64,000 bases of DNA from an uncultured Candidatus Rokubacteria bacterium (GTDB lineage Bacteria; Methylomirabilota; Methylomirabilia; Rokubacteriales; CSP1-6), in NCBI GenBank assembly GCA_963758635.1, contig CAVWWD010000005.1:544001-608000 (forward strand). Reading direction: 5' to 3'. Made by a program: the position numbers and the translations under genes. The notes under the pieces were generated by a model that worked only from the letters and a program-made list of their open reading frames with translations, was not told where the DNA came from and did no database searches. Positions 14,930-25,435 of this stretch are shown in pieces. Within the stretch, counting starts at the first letter, position 1. Each line of letters opens with the position of its first letter.

Positions 14930-15178
14930 GGGGCACTCCTTCCGGGGGATCCCCCCCCAATCGCCACGTCCCCAGGGCCTCGACCGCGGCCCCCCCGAGA
15001 CGGGTTCAGTGGAACTACCGGTGAAATCGAGCCGTCCGGAGGGAGCCTAACATGGCGTGCCAGGGCTGTAAAGTTCCCGTATCGCGCCATCTAAAATGTT
15101 ACCGAGCGAGGATCGTCGGGCCATTGGCGATGTTACCGTGCGCACTCTTCTCAAATGGCTTGACAGGGTTCCCCGGGC

Positions 15179-16132
15179 TCACGAGAGCGCCCCGGGGGCC
15201 GGAGACGAAGGCAGTCCTGCGATCCGGCGCGCGGTCTCGATGTCGGCCATGACCTGGGCCTTGAGGGCGTCGACCGATGAGAACTTCTGCTCGGGCCGGA
15301 TCCGCTCGATGAACTCCACGGTGAGGGTCCGGTCGTACAGGTCTCCCGAGAAGTCGAGCAGGAAGGCCTCGACCCAGTACTGGTGCTCGTCGAAGGTCGG
15401 GCGGTAGCCCACGTTGACGACGCCGGCCGCGTCCCCGCCGCGCCAGCGCGCGCGGCACGCGTACACGCCGGCGGCGAGGATGAGCGGCAGGTCGGGCCTC
15501 AGATTGGCGGTGGGAAAGCCGAGCGTGCGCCCCCGGCCGGCGCCGCGCAGCACGGGCCCATGAATGGCATAGGGGCGCCCGAGGAACCTCGCCGCCGCCG
15601 TCACGTCGCCCTCACGGAGCGCCTCGCGGATCGCCGTCGACGACACCGTCTGCCCCGCGACCTGCAGCGGCGGAAGGACGTGGGCGACGAACCCGTGCCC
15701 GCGGGCGAGCTCGCCGAGGAGCGCCGCCGTCCCGCGGGCGCTCCGGCCGAACGTGTGGTTGAAGCCCACCACGACCTCTTTCGCGCCCAGCGTCTTGACG
15801 AGCACGTCCGCGACGAACGTCTCCGCCTCGATCCGGGAGAACTCCGCCGTGAAGGGGATGACCAGCGTGGCGTCGATGCCGTGGGCCGCGATCTGCGCCA
15901 GGTTGTCCTCGAGGGTGGCGATCGGCGCGGGCGCGCGCTCCGGGGTCAGCACGATCGCCGGGGCCGGATCGAACGTGCAGACCAGCGCCGGCACCGCGAG
16001 CGCTCTCGCGCGCTCGACCGTGGTGGTGAGGATCTTGGCGTGCGCCAGGTGGACCCCGTCGAAGGAGCCCAGGGCGACCACCGAGGGCGCCAGCTCAGGC
16101 GGGAAGGACGGAAGTCCGCGCAGGATCCGCAT
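15179..16132 (-). CDS. ribF: Bifunctional riboflavin kinase/FAD synthetase
   Basis: GSFDGVHLAH, VSSTAIR, GRTLGFPTAN, GYRPTF; ATG 16132. Confidence 0.95.
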   Translation of the reverse strand: MRILRGLPSFPPELAPSVVALGSFDGVHLAHAKILTTTVERARALAVPALVCTFDPAPAIVLTPERAPAPIATLEDNLAQIAAHGIDATLVIPFTAEFSRIEAETFVADVLVKTLGAKEVVVGFNHTFGRSARGTAALLGELARGHGFVAHVLPPLQVAGQTVSSTAIREALREGDVTAAARFLGRPYAIHGPVLRGAGRGRTLGFPTANLRPDLPLILAAGVYACRARWRGGDAAGVVNVGYRPTFDEHQYWVEAFLLDFSGDLYDRTLTVEFIERIRPEQKFSSVDALKAQVMADIETARRIAGLPSSPAPGALS

Positions 16133-17040
16133 GAAGGAGCCGTTCGGGCCTGACCGTCCCCGCCGAGGCGATGCCGACGCCGAGGAAGACGCCGTCGGCG
16201 CCGTAGACACGGACGATGCCGTCGGCCGTAGGAGGTGCGCCGGCGGCCTGACCGTGGGTGAACGCGCGGGTGGCCGCCGGGACGAGCGTGAGGGCCGGAC
16301 GGCCCTGGAGGGCCGCGTCGGGCGGCAGGAGCCGAGACCACAGGGCGGCCGCGTCGCGGCAGGTCGAGAGCTCGGCCCACGGCACCGCGTCGGACAGCGC
16401 GAAGGGGCCGACGCGCGTGCGCGTCAGCCGGGACAGCGCGGCGCCGCATCCAATCGCCGCACCCGCGTCTGCGACGAGGGTGCGCACGTACGTGCCCTTG
16501 CCGCACCGGACGCGCATGGTGAAGTCCGGCAGCGACACACCCTCGAGCGCGATCCCGTGGACGACCACGCGGCGAGCCCGGCGGTCGACGCTCCCGCCTT
16601 CCCGCGCGATCTCGTAGAGGCGGCGGCCCTCGTGGTGGATGGCCGAGTACATCGGGGGCACCTGGTCGATCTCGCCGACGAAGCGGGCCAGGATGCCGGT
16701 GAGGCTCGCCTCGTCCAGCGCGGGCACCGGGTGCGTGGCCACGACCGCGCCCGAGAGGTCCTGGGTGTCGGTGGCGACGCCCAGCGTGGCCGTCGCCACG
16801 TATTCCTTGTCGGCATCCGCGAGGTACGGCATGAGCTTGGTCGCCTCGCCGATGAGAAGCGGGAGGACCCCCGTGGCGTCCGGGTCGAGGGTGCCGGCAT
16901 GTCCGACCTTCCCCGCGCGGAGGAGCCGCCGCACGAGCGCCACGACGTTCGAACGACGTGACCCCACGGCCCTTCTCGACCGGAAGGACGCCCGAGCGGA
17001 GACTCGCGGCGCGCCCGCGCGTGGACGGACCCGCCTTCAT
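16095..17040 (-). CDS. truB: tRNA pseudouridine(55) synthase; apparent frameshift near 16950
   Basis: KVGHAGTLDPDATGVL, QVPPMYSA, GTYVRTL; the N-terminus MKAG...SGVLPVEKGRGVTSF lies in another frame starting at ATG 17040. Confidence 0.93.
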
Positions 17041-18029
17041 TCGGGAGGGAGCGCCTCGCGGATGGCCGCCAGCATGGTCCGGGCGACGTCGTCGAGGCCG
17101 CCCGGCACGGTGCACCCCGCGGCGTTCTCGTGGCCGCCGCCGCCGAAGCGGCCCGCGATCCGGTTGACGGCCACGTCGCCCTTCGCTCTCAGGCTCACCT
17201 TCACCGCGCTCGGCCCCTCCTCGCGGAGGAGCATGGCGACCTTGACGCCCTCGAGCGAGCGCGGGTAGCTCACGAGGTCCTCCGACGACACCAGCGAGTC
17301 CGAGACCAGGCCCCGCGGCACGCCGAGCCAGGCGATCCGTCCATCGTCCGATACCGCCACCCGGCGGAGCACCTCGCCGAGCTCGTTGAGGGTGCCCGGC
17401 GGCCGCCGCTGGTAGAGCCAGTCCGTGACCAGCGCGGGCTCGGCCCCCGCCCGCGTGAGCTCCGCGGCGATGCGGAACGTCCGCGCGGTGGTGTTGGAGT
17501 AGCGGAACGAGCCCGTGTCGGTGTGGATGGCCGTGAACAGGTTGAGCGCGATGTCGCGGGTCACCGGCCGGCCGAGCGCGACCACGAGCTGGTAGACCAT
17601 CTCGCCGGTGGCCGCCGCCGCCGGGTCGATCCAGTCGACGGTGCCGTAGCGCCGGTTGTCGGGATGGTGGTCGATGTTCAGGACCTGGCTCTTCGGTCCC
17701 CGCGCCTGCTCGAGCAGCCCCTCGGTGCGCCGGTCGTTCGGGCAGTCGGTGAGCACGATCACCCCGAAGTGGCGGGGGGCGGCCGTCCAGACCTGGTAGC
17801 GGGCGGACGCGGGCAGGAAGCTCAGCACGCCGGGCACGGGGTGCGGGCCGGCGAAGGTCGGGGACCAGCCGGCGCCCTCGAGGGCCAGCCCCAGAGCGAA
17901 CAGCGTGCCCAGCACGTCCGCGTCGGGGTGCACGTGCCCGAGGAGCAGCACTTCGCGAGGCGCGCCCGAGAGCGTCTCCAGCACGGCGCGCGGCGGCGCC
18001 TCGAACCGCTCCGGTGCGCTCTCAGTCAT
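17037..18029 (-). CDS. nrnA: DHH/DHHA1 phosphoesterase (NrnA-like oligoribonuclease/pAp phosphatase)
   Basis: GHVHPDAD, IDHH, TDTGSF, FGGGGHENAAG; between rbfA and truB. Confidence 0.88.
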   Translation of the reverse strand: MTESAPERFEAPPRAVLETLSGAPREVLLLGHVHPDADVLGTLFALGLALEGAGWSPTFAGPHPVPGVLSFLPASARYQVWTAAPRHFGVIVLTDCPNDRRTEGLLEQARGPKSQVLNIDHHPDNRRYGTVDWIDPAAAATGEMVYQLVVALGRPVTRDIALNLFTAIHTDTGSFRYSNTTARTFRIAAELTRAGAEPALVTDWLYQRRPPGTLNELGEVLRRVAVSDDGRIAWLGVPRGLVSDSLVSSEDLVSYPRSLEGVKVAMLLREEGPSAVKVSLRAKGDVAVNRIAGRFGGGGHENAAGCTVPGGLDDVARTMLAAIREALPPE

Positions 18030-18402
18030 CGGTCCGCCCGCCCTGGCCGCGGTCACCTGGTTCCGGTCGGAGCCCGGCGAGGAGGGCCTGCATGCGGGCA
18101 CCGTGCTCCATCGAGCGGTCGGGCCGGAAGGAGATCTCCGGGGTCACGCGCAGATCCAGGTGACGCCTGAGCCACGCCCACACGAACCCGCGTGCGCTCT
18201 CGAGGGCCTTGAACGACTTGACCCATTGCTCGTCCGTGCCCAGCACCGAGACGTAGACCTTGGCCTGCTTCAGGTCCGCGTTGGTGTCCACCTCGGTCAC
18301 CGTGACGAAGCCGAGCCGCGGGTCCTTCAGCTCGCGATGGAGGACGGTGGAGATCTCCTCCTTGATCAGCTGGTTGACCCGCTCGAGGCGTTTGCCCTGC
18401 AT
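18022..18402 (-). CDS. rbfA: Ribosome-binding factor A
   Basis: MQGKRLERVNQLIKEEIS, KDPRLGFVTVTEV, LRVTPEISF. Confidence 0.95.
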   Translation of the reverse strand: MQGKRLERVNQLIKEEISTVLHRELKDPRLGFVTVTEVDTNADLKQAKVYVSVLGTDEQWVKSFKALESARGFVWAWLRRHLDLRVTPEISFRPDRSMEHGARMQALLAGLRPEPGDRGQGGRTDD

Positions 18403-18406
18403 GGCG

Positions 18407-18697
18407 CTACAGGACCTCCAGGTGCACGTCGCTGACGTAGCCGTCGACGTTGTCCTCGATGAAGTCCATCGCCTTGGAGACAACCTCGTTGGCGTGGCGC
18501 GCGTCGCCGGAGACGCAGGCCAGGGCCACGGTGGCGAGCTGCCACGCGTCCTGGTGATCCACCTCGGCCACGGAGATCTCGAAGCGCTGGCGGACGCGCT
18601 GGAGGAGACCTTTGAGGGCGTGGCGCTTTCCCTTGAGGGAGCCGACGTCCGGGAGATGGAGGTCCATCGTGCCGAGGACGACCCGCGCGCCTGCCAT
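18407..18697 (-). CDS. DUF503 (YlxP-like) protein
   Basis: SLKGKR, RFEISVAEVDHQDAWQ; conserved position between infB and rbfA. Confidence 0.88.
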   Translation of the reverse strand: MAGARVVLGTMDLHLPDVGSLKGKRHALKGLLQRVRQRFEISVAEVDHQDAWQLATVALACVSGDARHANEVVSKAMDFIEDNVDGYVSDVHLEVL

Positions 18698-18749
18698 GCC
18701 CTACCGCGGACCGGACCAGCGGGGAGACCCGTGCGGGTCTCCGCGCCGA

Positions 18750-21329
18750 TCACAGCGTCCGCGCCACCTCTTCGGTCGTGAAGGCCTCGATGAGGTCGCC
18801 GGCCAGGATGCCGCGCACGGCATCGACGCCGATGCCGCACTCGAGCCCCTGGAGCACCTCGCGCACGTCGTCCTTGAACCGCTTGAGCGAGGTCACCGTC
18901 CCCTCGCCTACGAGCGTCTCACCGCGCTTCACGCGCACGCGCGCGCTGCGGACCATCTTGCCCTCGGTGACCATCGACCCGCAGATCATCCCGAGCTTCG
19001 TGATCGGGAAGAGCTGCCGCACCTGGGCGCGGCCGAGCACCGTCTCGCGGATCTCGGGCGCGAGCATGCCGGACAGCGCCGCCCGCACGTCGTTGATCAC
19101 GTCGTAGATGACGTTGTAGCTGCGCACGTCCACGCCGTTGGCCTGCGCCTGGCTCTGGGCCTTGGGGTCGGCCTTCACGTTGAAGCCCAGCACGATGGCG
19201 TTGGAGGCGGAGGCGAGCATCACGTCGGACTCGTTCACCGCGCCCACCGACCCGTGGATGACCTTCAGCTTCACCTCGTCGGTCGACAGCCGCTCGAGCG
19301 ACTCGGTGAGGGCCTCGACCGATCCCTGCACGTCGGCCTTCAGGATGAGGCGCAGCTCCTTGACCTCGCCGGCCTCGATCTGCTTGTGGAGCTCTTCCAG
19401 GGTCACGCGCTGCGCGGACTTGCCGCGAAGCTTGTCCCGCTCGGCCCGCACGGTGGCGATCTGCCGCGCCTTGCGCTCGTCCGACACCACGAGGAGGGTG
19501 TCGCCGGCCTGCGGCACGCCGGACAGCCCGAGGATCTCCACCGGGTCCGCGGGGCCGGCCTTCTGCACCTTCTTGCCGCGGTCGCTGAACATGGCGCGGA
19601 CGCGGCCGGATTGCGAGCCCACCACGACGGCGTCGCCCTCCTTGAGCGTCCCCGACTGGATCAGCGCGGTCGCCACCGGGCCGCGGCCCCGGTCAAGGCG
19701 CCCTTCCACGATCACGCCGCGCGCCGACCGGTTCGCGTTGGCGCGCAGCTCGAGGATCTCGGTCTGGAGCGCGGTCATCTCGAGGAGCTGGGCGATGCCG
19801 TCGCCGCGCTTGGCCGACGTGTGGACGAAGATGGTCTGCCCGCCCCAGTCCTCGGGCACGAGCCCGTGGTTGGAGAGCTCGCGCTTGACCCGGTCCGGGT
19901 CGGAGCCCGGCTTGTCGATCTTGTTCACCGCCACCAGGATGGGCACCGACGCCGCCTTGGCGTGGTTCACCGCCTCCACGGTCTGGGGCATCACGCCGTC
20001 GTCCGCCGCCACCACCAGGATGACGATGTCGGTGGCCTGGGCGCCGCGCGCCCGCATCGCGGTGAACGCCTCGTGGCCGGGCGTGTCGAGGAAGGTCACC
20101 TTGCCGTGGCTGGTGTCGACCTGATAGGCCCCGATGTGCTGCGTGATGCCGCCGAACTCCTTCTCGGCGACCTTGGTGGTGCGGATCGCGTCGAGCAACG
20201 AGGTCTTCCCGTGGTCGACGTGCCCCATCACCGTGACCACCGGCGGCCGCGGGCTGAGCTGGGTCGGATCGGACTCCTCCTCCTCGAGGAGGTCTCCCTC
20301 GAGCGAGCGCACTTCCACGTCGAAGCTGAACTTGTCCGCGACCAGCTTGGCCGCGGTGGGATCCAGCACCTCGTTCAGCGTCGCCATGACGCCCAGGTCG
20401 AGCAGGGCCTTGATGACCTCACCCGACTTCCTGCGCATGGCCGCGGCGAGCTCGCCGACCGTGACCGACTCGGGGAGCTTGATCAGCTCGCGCTTGACCT
20501 CCGCGGGCGGCGCGGGCTCGACGGGCGGACGGACGGGGACGCGCGCGGGGGCCGAGGCCGCCGCCGGTGCGGGAGCGGGCCGGGCCGCCGCGGGCACGAC
20601 CGGCGACGGGCGCGCAGGCACGGGACCCGTGGGGCGCAGAGGCGGCGCCGGCGGCACGGGCCGCGGCGGCACGACCGGCGCCGCGGGCAGGATCACCCGC
20701 CGCGGCGGAACCGTGACCGGAGCCGGAGCGGCAGGCCTCACCTCGGGCGCGACGGGCACCCCGGGGGCGGCAGCGGGAGCCGCGGGGACGGGCACAGCCG
20801 GTGCCGCGGGCGGAGCCGCGGCGGCCGGCCTGATCGGCACCACCGCGGGGCGCGCCGGATCGAAACGCACGGGCTCGGGGGCGATCGGCTGCGCGGGCGC
20901 GGGAGGTACCGCCACCGGCGCCGGCTCGACGACCGGCGGAGCAGGAGGAGCAGGCGTCGGGCGGAAGATCGTCGCGGCGGGCTTGATCACCTCCGGCACC
21001 GGCGCGGGGAGGGGTTCGGGCCTGGTCACCTTCGCCGCCCCCTTGCGGGCCGACTTCGCCCCGATCTCTATCTGCGATCCGCCGTCGGTGGGCGCGACCT
21101 CTTCGGGCGTCGCCCCGGTCTTCGGCTTCGGGACGCGCTTGGGCTTGGCCTCGACCGGCAGCTCGCGACCGCGGCCCAGCTTGACCCGCAACTCGTTCGC
21201 CGTGGAGGCGTCGAGCGGAGTCATGGCACGGACGCTCTTCTGGCCCATGCCCTCGAGGGCAACGATCAGATCCTTGCTGGTGACCCCCAGCTCCTTCGCC
21301 AGCTCGATGACCTTCAGCCTTCCTGCCAC
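18750..21329 (-). CDS. infB: Translation initiation factor IF-2 with a Pro/Ala-rich linker
   Basis: GTG start VAGRLKVIELAKELGV with upstream [38 protein letters not shown]. Confidence 0.97.
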   Translation of the reverse strand: MAGRLKVIELAKELGVTSKDLIVALEGMGQKSVRAMTPLDASTANELRVKLGRGRELPVEAKPKRVPKPKTGATPEEVAPTDGGSQIEIGAKSARKGAAKVTRPEPLPAPVPEVIKPAATIFRPTPAPPAPPVVEPAPVAVPPAPAQPIAPEPVRFDPARPAVVPIRPAAAAPPAAPAVPVPAAPAAAPGVPVAPEVRPAAPAPVTVPPRRVILPAAPVVPPRPVPPAPPLRPTGPVPARPSPVVPAAARPAPAPAAASAPARVPVRPPVEPAPPAEVKRELIKLPESVTVGELAAAMRRKSGEVIKALLDLGVMATLNEVLDPTAAKLVADKFSFDVEVRSLEGDLLEEEESDPTQLSPRPPVVTVMGHVDHGKTSLLDAIRTTKVAEKEFGGITQHIGAYQVDTSHGKVTFLDTPGHEAFTAMRARGAQATDIVILVVAADDGVMPQTVEAVNHAKAASVPILVAVNKIDKPGSDPDRVKRELSNHGLVPEDWGGQTIFVHTSAKRGDGIAQLLEMTALQTEILELRANANRSARGVIVEGRLDRGRGPVATALIQSGTLKEGDAVVVGSQSGRVRAMFSDRGKKVQKAGPADPVEILGLSGVPQAGDTLLVVSDERKARQIATVRAERDKLRGKSAQRVTLEELHKQIEAGEVKELRLILKADVQGSVEALTESLERLSTDEVKLKVIHGSVGAVNESDVMLASASNAIVLGFNVKADPKAQSQAQANGVDVRSYNVIYDVINDVRAALSGMLAPEIRETVLGRAQVRQLFPITKLGMICGSMVTEGKMVRSARVRVKRGETLVGEGTVTSLKRFKDDVREVLQGLECGIGVDAVRGILAGDLIEAFTTEEVARTL

Positions 21330-21397
21330 AGCCTCGTCTCCTCGCTTTGGTCTGACGGGGGAGCGGTCGAGCCGCTCCGTCCCGCGTCTCCAACTGC

Positions 21398-21676
21398 TCA
21401 CTCGCCGCCCGTTGTGTCCCCCAGTCGCTCGAGGATGCCTGCCGCGCCGTCCGCGGGTGGCATGCTCGACCGCCGGAACGCGTGATCGAGCCGACCTCGC
21501 GCCAGCGCCTGCGTCAGGCACGACAGCGACCGGCACGCGTAGGCGCCCCGGCCCGGCCTGACTCCGTCCATGTCGACCTCGACCTGCCCGTCACGACCTC
21601 GTACCAGTCGAACCAGCGCCGCCTTCGCTCGCGCCTGCCGGCACCCGATGCAGGTCCGCTGGGGCGCCCCGGTCAC
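21398..21676 (-). CDS. YlxR/DUF448 family RNA-binding protein
   Basis: PQRTCIGCR...LVRLV...GRGAYAC; GTGA overlap with the nusA stop. Confidence 0.88.
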   Translation of the reverse strand: MTGAPQRTCIGCRQARAKAALVRLVRGRDGQVEVDMDGVRPGRGAYACRSLSCLTQALARGRLDHAFRRSSMPPADGAAGILERLGDTTGGE

Positions 21677-23064
21677 TCCGCCGTCGGACGCTCCGGATCC
21701 TCCGCGAGCGCCACCTCGGCCCCCGACTCCGCGGCCGCCGCGTCCCCCTCGCCGACCGCCTCGGTGACGGTCACGCGGCTCACGATGGGGTGATCGACCA
21801 GCCACTGCTCGGCGGCAGCGAGGATGCCGGGGGCGCGCTTCTCGCCGACACCGGGCACCGTCTCGAGGGCGGCGAGCCCCGCGCGGACGATGCGGGAGGG
21901 CGAGTAGAGGCCCGTCTCGATGAGCTGCTCGACGAGCTCCGGACCGAGGCCGGGCATCTCGCCCAGGGCTTCCCGTCCCTGGGCGCGCTCCTCCTCCTCG
22001 CGGCGGCGCTCGTCCTCCAGCTCGCCCTCGCTCTTGATGTCGACGCGCACGCCGGTGAGCTTCGCGGCGAGGCGGGCGTTCTGGCCGCGCTTGCCGATCG
22101 CGAGCGACAGCTGGTTGTCGGGCACGATGACCAGCACCGACCGCTGCTCCTCATCGCTCTCGGCCTCGCCCACCGTGACCGAGGCCACCTTCGCCGGCGA
22201 CAACGCGCGGGCCACGAACGTGGCAGTGTCCGGCGACCACTCCACGATGTCGATCTTCTCGCCGCGGAGCTCCCGGCTGATCACCTGGATCCGGGTGCCG
22301 CGGAGCCCCACGCAGGCGCCGATGGGATCGACGTCCCGCTTGGTCGACGCCACCGCCACCTTGGCGCGCTCGCCCGGCTCCCGGGCCGCGCCCTTCACCT
22401 GGACGATCCCCTCGGCGATCTCCGGGATCTCGCCCTCGAACAGCCGCGCGAGCAGGCCGGGGTGCGTGCGGGACAGCATGATCTGCGGGCCCTTGGCCGT
22501 CTTCTTGACCTCGAGCAGGTAGGCGCGGACACGGTCGCCGGGGTTGTACCGCTCCCCGGGGATCTGCTCCCGTTCCACGATCACGCCTTCCGCCTTGCCC
22601 AGCTCGACGATCACGTTCCGCTTCTCGATCCGGTGGACGACGCCGCGGACGATCTTGCCTTCCTTGTCGATGAACTCGGCGTGGATGGCGTCGCGCTCGG
22701 CGTCGCGCACGCGCTGCAGGATCACCTGCTTGGCCGTCTGCGCGGCGATGCGCCCGAACTCCTGGGGCGCCATCTCCAGCTCGAGCTCGTCGTCGAGCTG
22801 CGCCTCGTCGTTCAGCTCGCGGGCCTCGGCGAGCGAGATCTCGAGCTTCGGATCGGTGACGGCCTCGACCACCTTCTTGCGGCCGAAGACCTGGAGGGCG
22901 CCGGTCTGCCGGTTCAGGTGCATGCGCACGTTGTCGGCGACGCCCATGGTCTTCTTGGAAGCGGACAGGAGGGCGGACTCCAGCGCCTCGAAGAGGACCT
23001 CGGTGCCGATCCCCTTCTCGTTGCCGATCTGCTGGATGACGTAGATCAACTCTTTGTTGGTCAC
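21673..23064 (-). CDS. nusA: Transcription termination/antitermination factor NusA with C-terminal HhH repeats
   Basis: FGRIAAQTAKQVILQR, AREPGERAK, DPIGACVG, SLAIGKRGQNARLA. Confidence 0.97.
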   Translation of the reverse strand: MTNKELIYVIQQIGNEKGIGTEVLFEALESALLSASKKTMGVADNVRMHLNRQTGALQVFGRKKVVEAVTDPKLEISLAEARELNDEAQLDDELELEMAPQEFGRIAAQTAKQVILQRVRDAERDAIHAEFIDKEGKIVRGVVHRIEKRNVIVELGKAEGVIVEREQIPGERYNPGDRVRAYLLEVKKTAKGPQIMLSRTHPGLLARLFEGEIPEIAEGIVQVKGAAREPGERAKVAVASTKRDVDPIGACVGLRGTRIQVISRELRGEKIDIVEWSPDTATFVARALSPAKVASVTVGEAESDEEQRSVLVIVPDNQLSLAIGKRGQNARLAAKLTGVRVDIKSEGELEDERRREEEERAQGREALGEMPGLGPELVEQLIETGLYSPSRIVRAGLAALETVPGVGEKRAPGILAAAEQWLVDHPIVSRVTVTEAVGEGDAAAAESGAEVALAEDPERPTAE

Positions 23065-23076
23065 TGTCCGCCACCT

Positions 23077-23568
23077 CTACCTGCGCATCCTGAGGTCCGG
23101 AACGAGCCGAGCCCGCGCCACCAGCCGGCGCGCCAGCGTTCGCACCGCCCCGTCCGGGTCACGCAGGGTCAGGTCTTCCGGTCCGGCCTGCACGAGCACC
23201 CCTACCATCTCCGTGCGCCCGTCCACCGGCTCGCGGAGCCAGCAGCGCACGTCCTTCCCGATCGCCCACGCGAACTCGCGGTCCTTGCGGAGCTCCCGGT
23301 CGAGACCGGGCGACGACACCTCGAGGTCGTACGCGCCCTCGATCAACCCGGCAACGTCGAGCACGTCTCCAGCCTCGTGACTCACCCGCTGGCACTCGCC
23401 GACGCTCACCCCGTTCGCCTTGTCGACGAACAGCCGGAGCACCGGACGCCGGCCTTCCCGCAGAAACTCCAGATCCACCAGGGCCAGCCCGTGGGAGGCC
23501 AGTACGGGCTCCAGGACGGCTTCGAGGCGCGAGAGCCGGCCGCCTGGGTCTTTGAGCCCCTGGTCCAC
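23077..23568 (-). CDS. rimP: Ribosome maturation factor RimP
   Basis: LRLFVDK, YDLEVSSPGLDREL; first gene of the nusA-infB operon. Confidence 0.95.
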   Translation of the reverse strand: MDQGLKDPGGRLSRLEAVLEPVLASHGLALVDLEFLREGRRPVLRLFVDKANGVSVGECQRVSHEAGDVLDVAGLIEGAYDLEVSSPGLDRELRKDREFAWAIGKDVRCWLREPVDGRTEMVGVLVQAGPEDLTLRDPDGAVRTLARRLVARARLVPDLRMRR

Positions 23569-23583
23569 GCGTTCAACTCCTAG

Positions 23584-23610
23584 AAAAAAAAGTGGGCAGA
23601 GCCCACTTTT
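23584..23610 (-). terminator. rimP-leader type terminator/attenuator hairpin
   Basis: Minus strand AAAAGTGGGC-TCT-GCCCACTTTTTTTT, immediately before the AGGAG SD and the rimP GTG. Confidence 0.8.
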
Positions 23611-23616
23611 GGCGAC

Positions 23617-23646
23617 ACTTTAGCACACGGCTCAGGGACGCCGCAA
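23617..23646 (-). promoter_or_regulatory. Candidate sigma70 promoter for rimP-nusA
   Basis: TTGCGG-18bp-TAAAGT with a TGn extension, ending just upstream of the leader hairpin. Confidence 0.5.
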
Positions 23647-23664
23647 GGCGACCCCACCATTTCT

Positions 23665-25369
23665 TCACGAATTCCTGAGCGTTTCGGCGGCCTCCTGGAT
23701 GGTCTTGAGGACCCGGTCCCGGGGTACCTTGACCTCCCGGCGGGTCCCCCGCTCCCGGCACCTCGATCACTCCCTCTCTGCTATAGGCCTGACCGATCAC
23801 GACCCGGATCGGACAGCCGAGGAGGTCGGCGTCCTTGAACTTGACCCCGGCCCGCTCGTCCCGGTCGTCGAGCAGGACCTCGAAACCCGCCGCCCCGAGC
23901 TCCTCGTAGAGCGACTCCGCGACCTCGACGTTGCCCCGATCCTTGACCGCGATGGGAACGATCTCGACGTGGAAGGGCGCAATCGACCAGGGCCAGACGA
24001 TGCCGTCGGTGTCGTGGCGCTGCTCGATCGCTGCCGCCACGATCCGGGCCGGCCCGATCCCATATGAGCCCATGACCACGGGCTGCTGCTGGCCCTGCTC
24101 ATCCAGGTAGGTCGCCCCGAGGGGCACGGAGTACGTCGTCCCGAGCTTGAAGATGTTCCCGACCTCGATCACGCGCTCGACGGCGAGCGGCGCGCCGCAG
24201 CGCGGACACCCTTCCCCGGCCAGGGCGGTCTGCAGGTCCGCGAACTCGCACGCGAAGTCGCGGCCGGCCGTGACGCCGCGCAGGTGGAACCCGTCCCGAT
24301 TGGCTCCGGCCGTGTAGCGGCCCTGGCGCAGCGACTCGTCGGCGAGGATCCGGCTGACCCCGCGGACCCCACCGGGCCGATGGAGCCCGGCGCGACGCCG
24401 AGCGCGGCCGCGATCTCCTCCGCGTGGGCCGGGCGGGCCTCGGCCTTCAACGCTCGAGCGAGCTTGCGCTCGTGGAGCGCGTGGTCGCCGCGGACCAGCG
24501 CCAGCACCGGCCCTTCGGGTGCGATGAACACCAGCGACTTCATCGTGGCCGCGGCGTCGATGCTCAGTCGGGCGGCCACCTCGGCGATGGTCCGGACACC
24601 GGGCGTCGGCACCTCCTCGGTCGTGGACGGCCCGCCCTCGGGACGCCGCCGACGGGACACCCCGCGCGAGCTCGACGTTGGCGGCGTATCCGCACGCCGC
24701 GCACATCGCCACGTCGTCCTCCCCGGCGGCGGAAGGCGCCATGAACTCGTGGGAGCCCAGGCCGCCCATCATGCCGGTGTCCGACTCCACGACGTGCACG
24801 AGGACGCCGGCGCGGGAGAAGATCTTGCGGTACGCGGAGTCGTGCGCGGCGTAGGAGCGGTCGAGCGCGGGGAGATCGGGGTCGAGCGTGTAGGAGTCCT
24901 TCATCAGGAACTCCCGCGTGCGGAGCACCCCGGAGCGCGGCCGCGCCTCGTCGCGCTCCTTGGTCTGGATCTGGTACCAGATCTGCGGGAGGTCGCGGTA
25001 GGAGCGGATCTCGCGCGCGGCCAGCCAGGCGATGACCTCCTCGTGGGTCATGCCCAGGCACATGTCGCGGCCGTGGCGGTCGCGGAGCCGGAACATCTCC
25101 GGGATGCCCTCCCACCGCCCGGATTGCTGCCAGATCTCGGCGGGGTGGAGCACGGGCATCGTGATCTCCTGCCCGCCGATCGCGTTCATCTCCTCGCGGA
25201 TGATGGCGTTGACCTTGTCCAGGGTGCGCTGGCCCACGGGCAGGTACACGTAGATCCCGGCCGCGAGCTGGCGGACGAGGCCCGCGCGCACCATCAGCTT
25301 GTGGCTGATCGCCTCCGCGTCGGCGGGATCGTCCCGCAGCGTGGGGATGAGACTGCGTGACCAGCGCAT
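23665..25369 (-). CDS. proS: Proline--tRNA ligase with INS editing domain; three apparent indels (~24655, ~24365, ~23760)
   Basis: MRWSRSLIPTLR, THEEVI, RDEARPRSG, EVGNIFKLG, MGSYGIG; INS domain in alternative frame 24169..24660. Confidence 0.95.
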
Positions 25370-25372
25370 CGA

Positions 25373-25435
25373 GAGCGCAGGCGCGATCAGACTAATGCCG
25401 GGGGGTAGACCCGTGTTACCGTACTGCTAGATCAT
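25373..25435 (+). repeat. Degenerate copy of the ~80-bp element, overlapping the 3' end of the ferredoxin gene
   Basis: Blocks ATCAGACTAATGCCG, GTAGA, CCCGTG, GTTACCGTA, CTGC, GATCAT occur in the consensus order. Confidence 0.65.

Noticed and set aside
20480..21020. Low-complexity Pro/Ala stretch as a repeat element
   Set aside because: It is the ordinary variable linker of IF-2.
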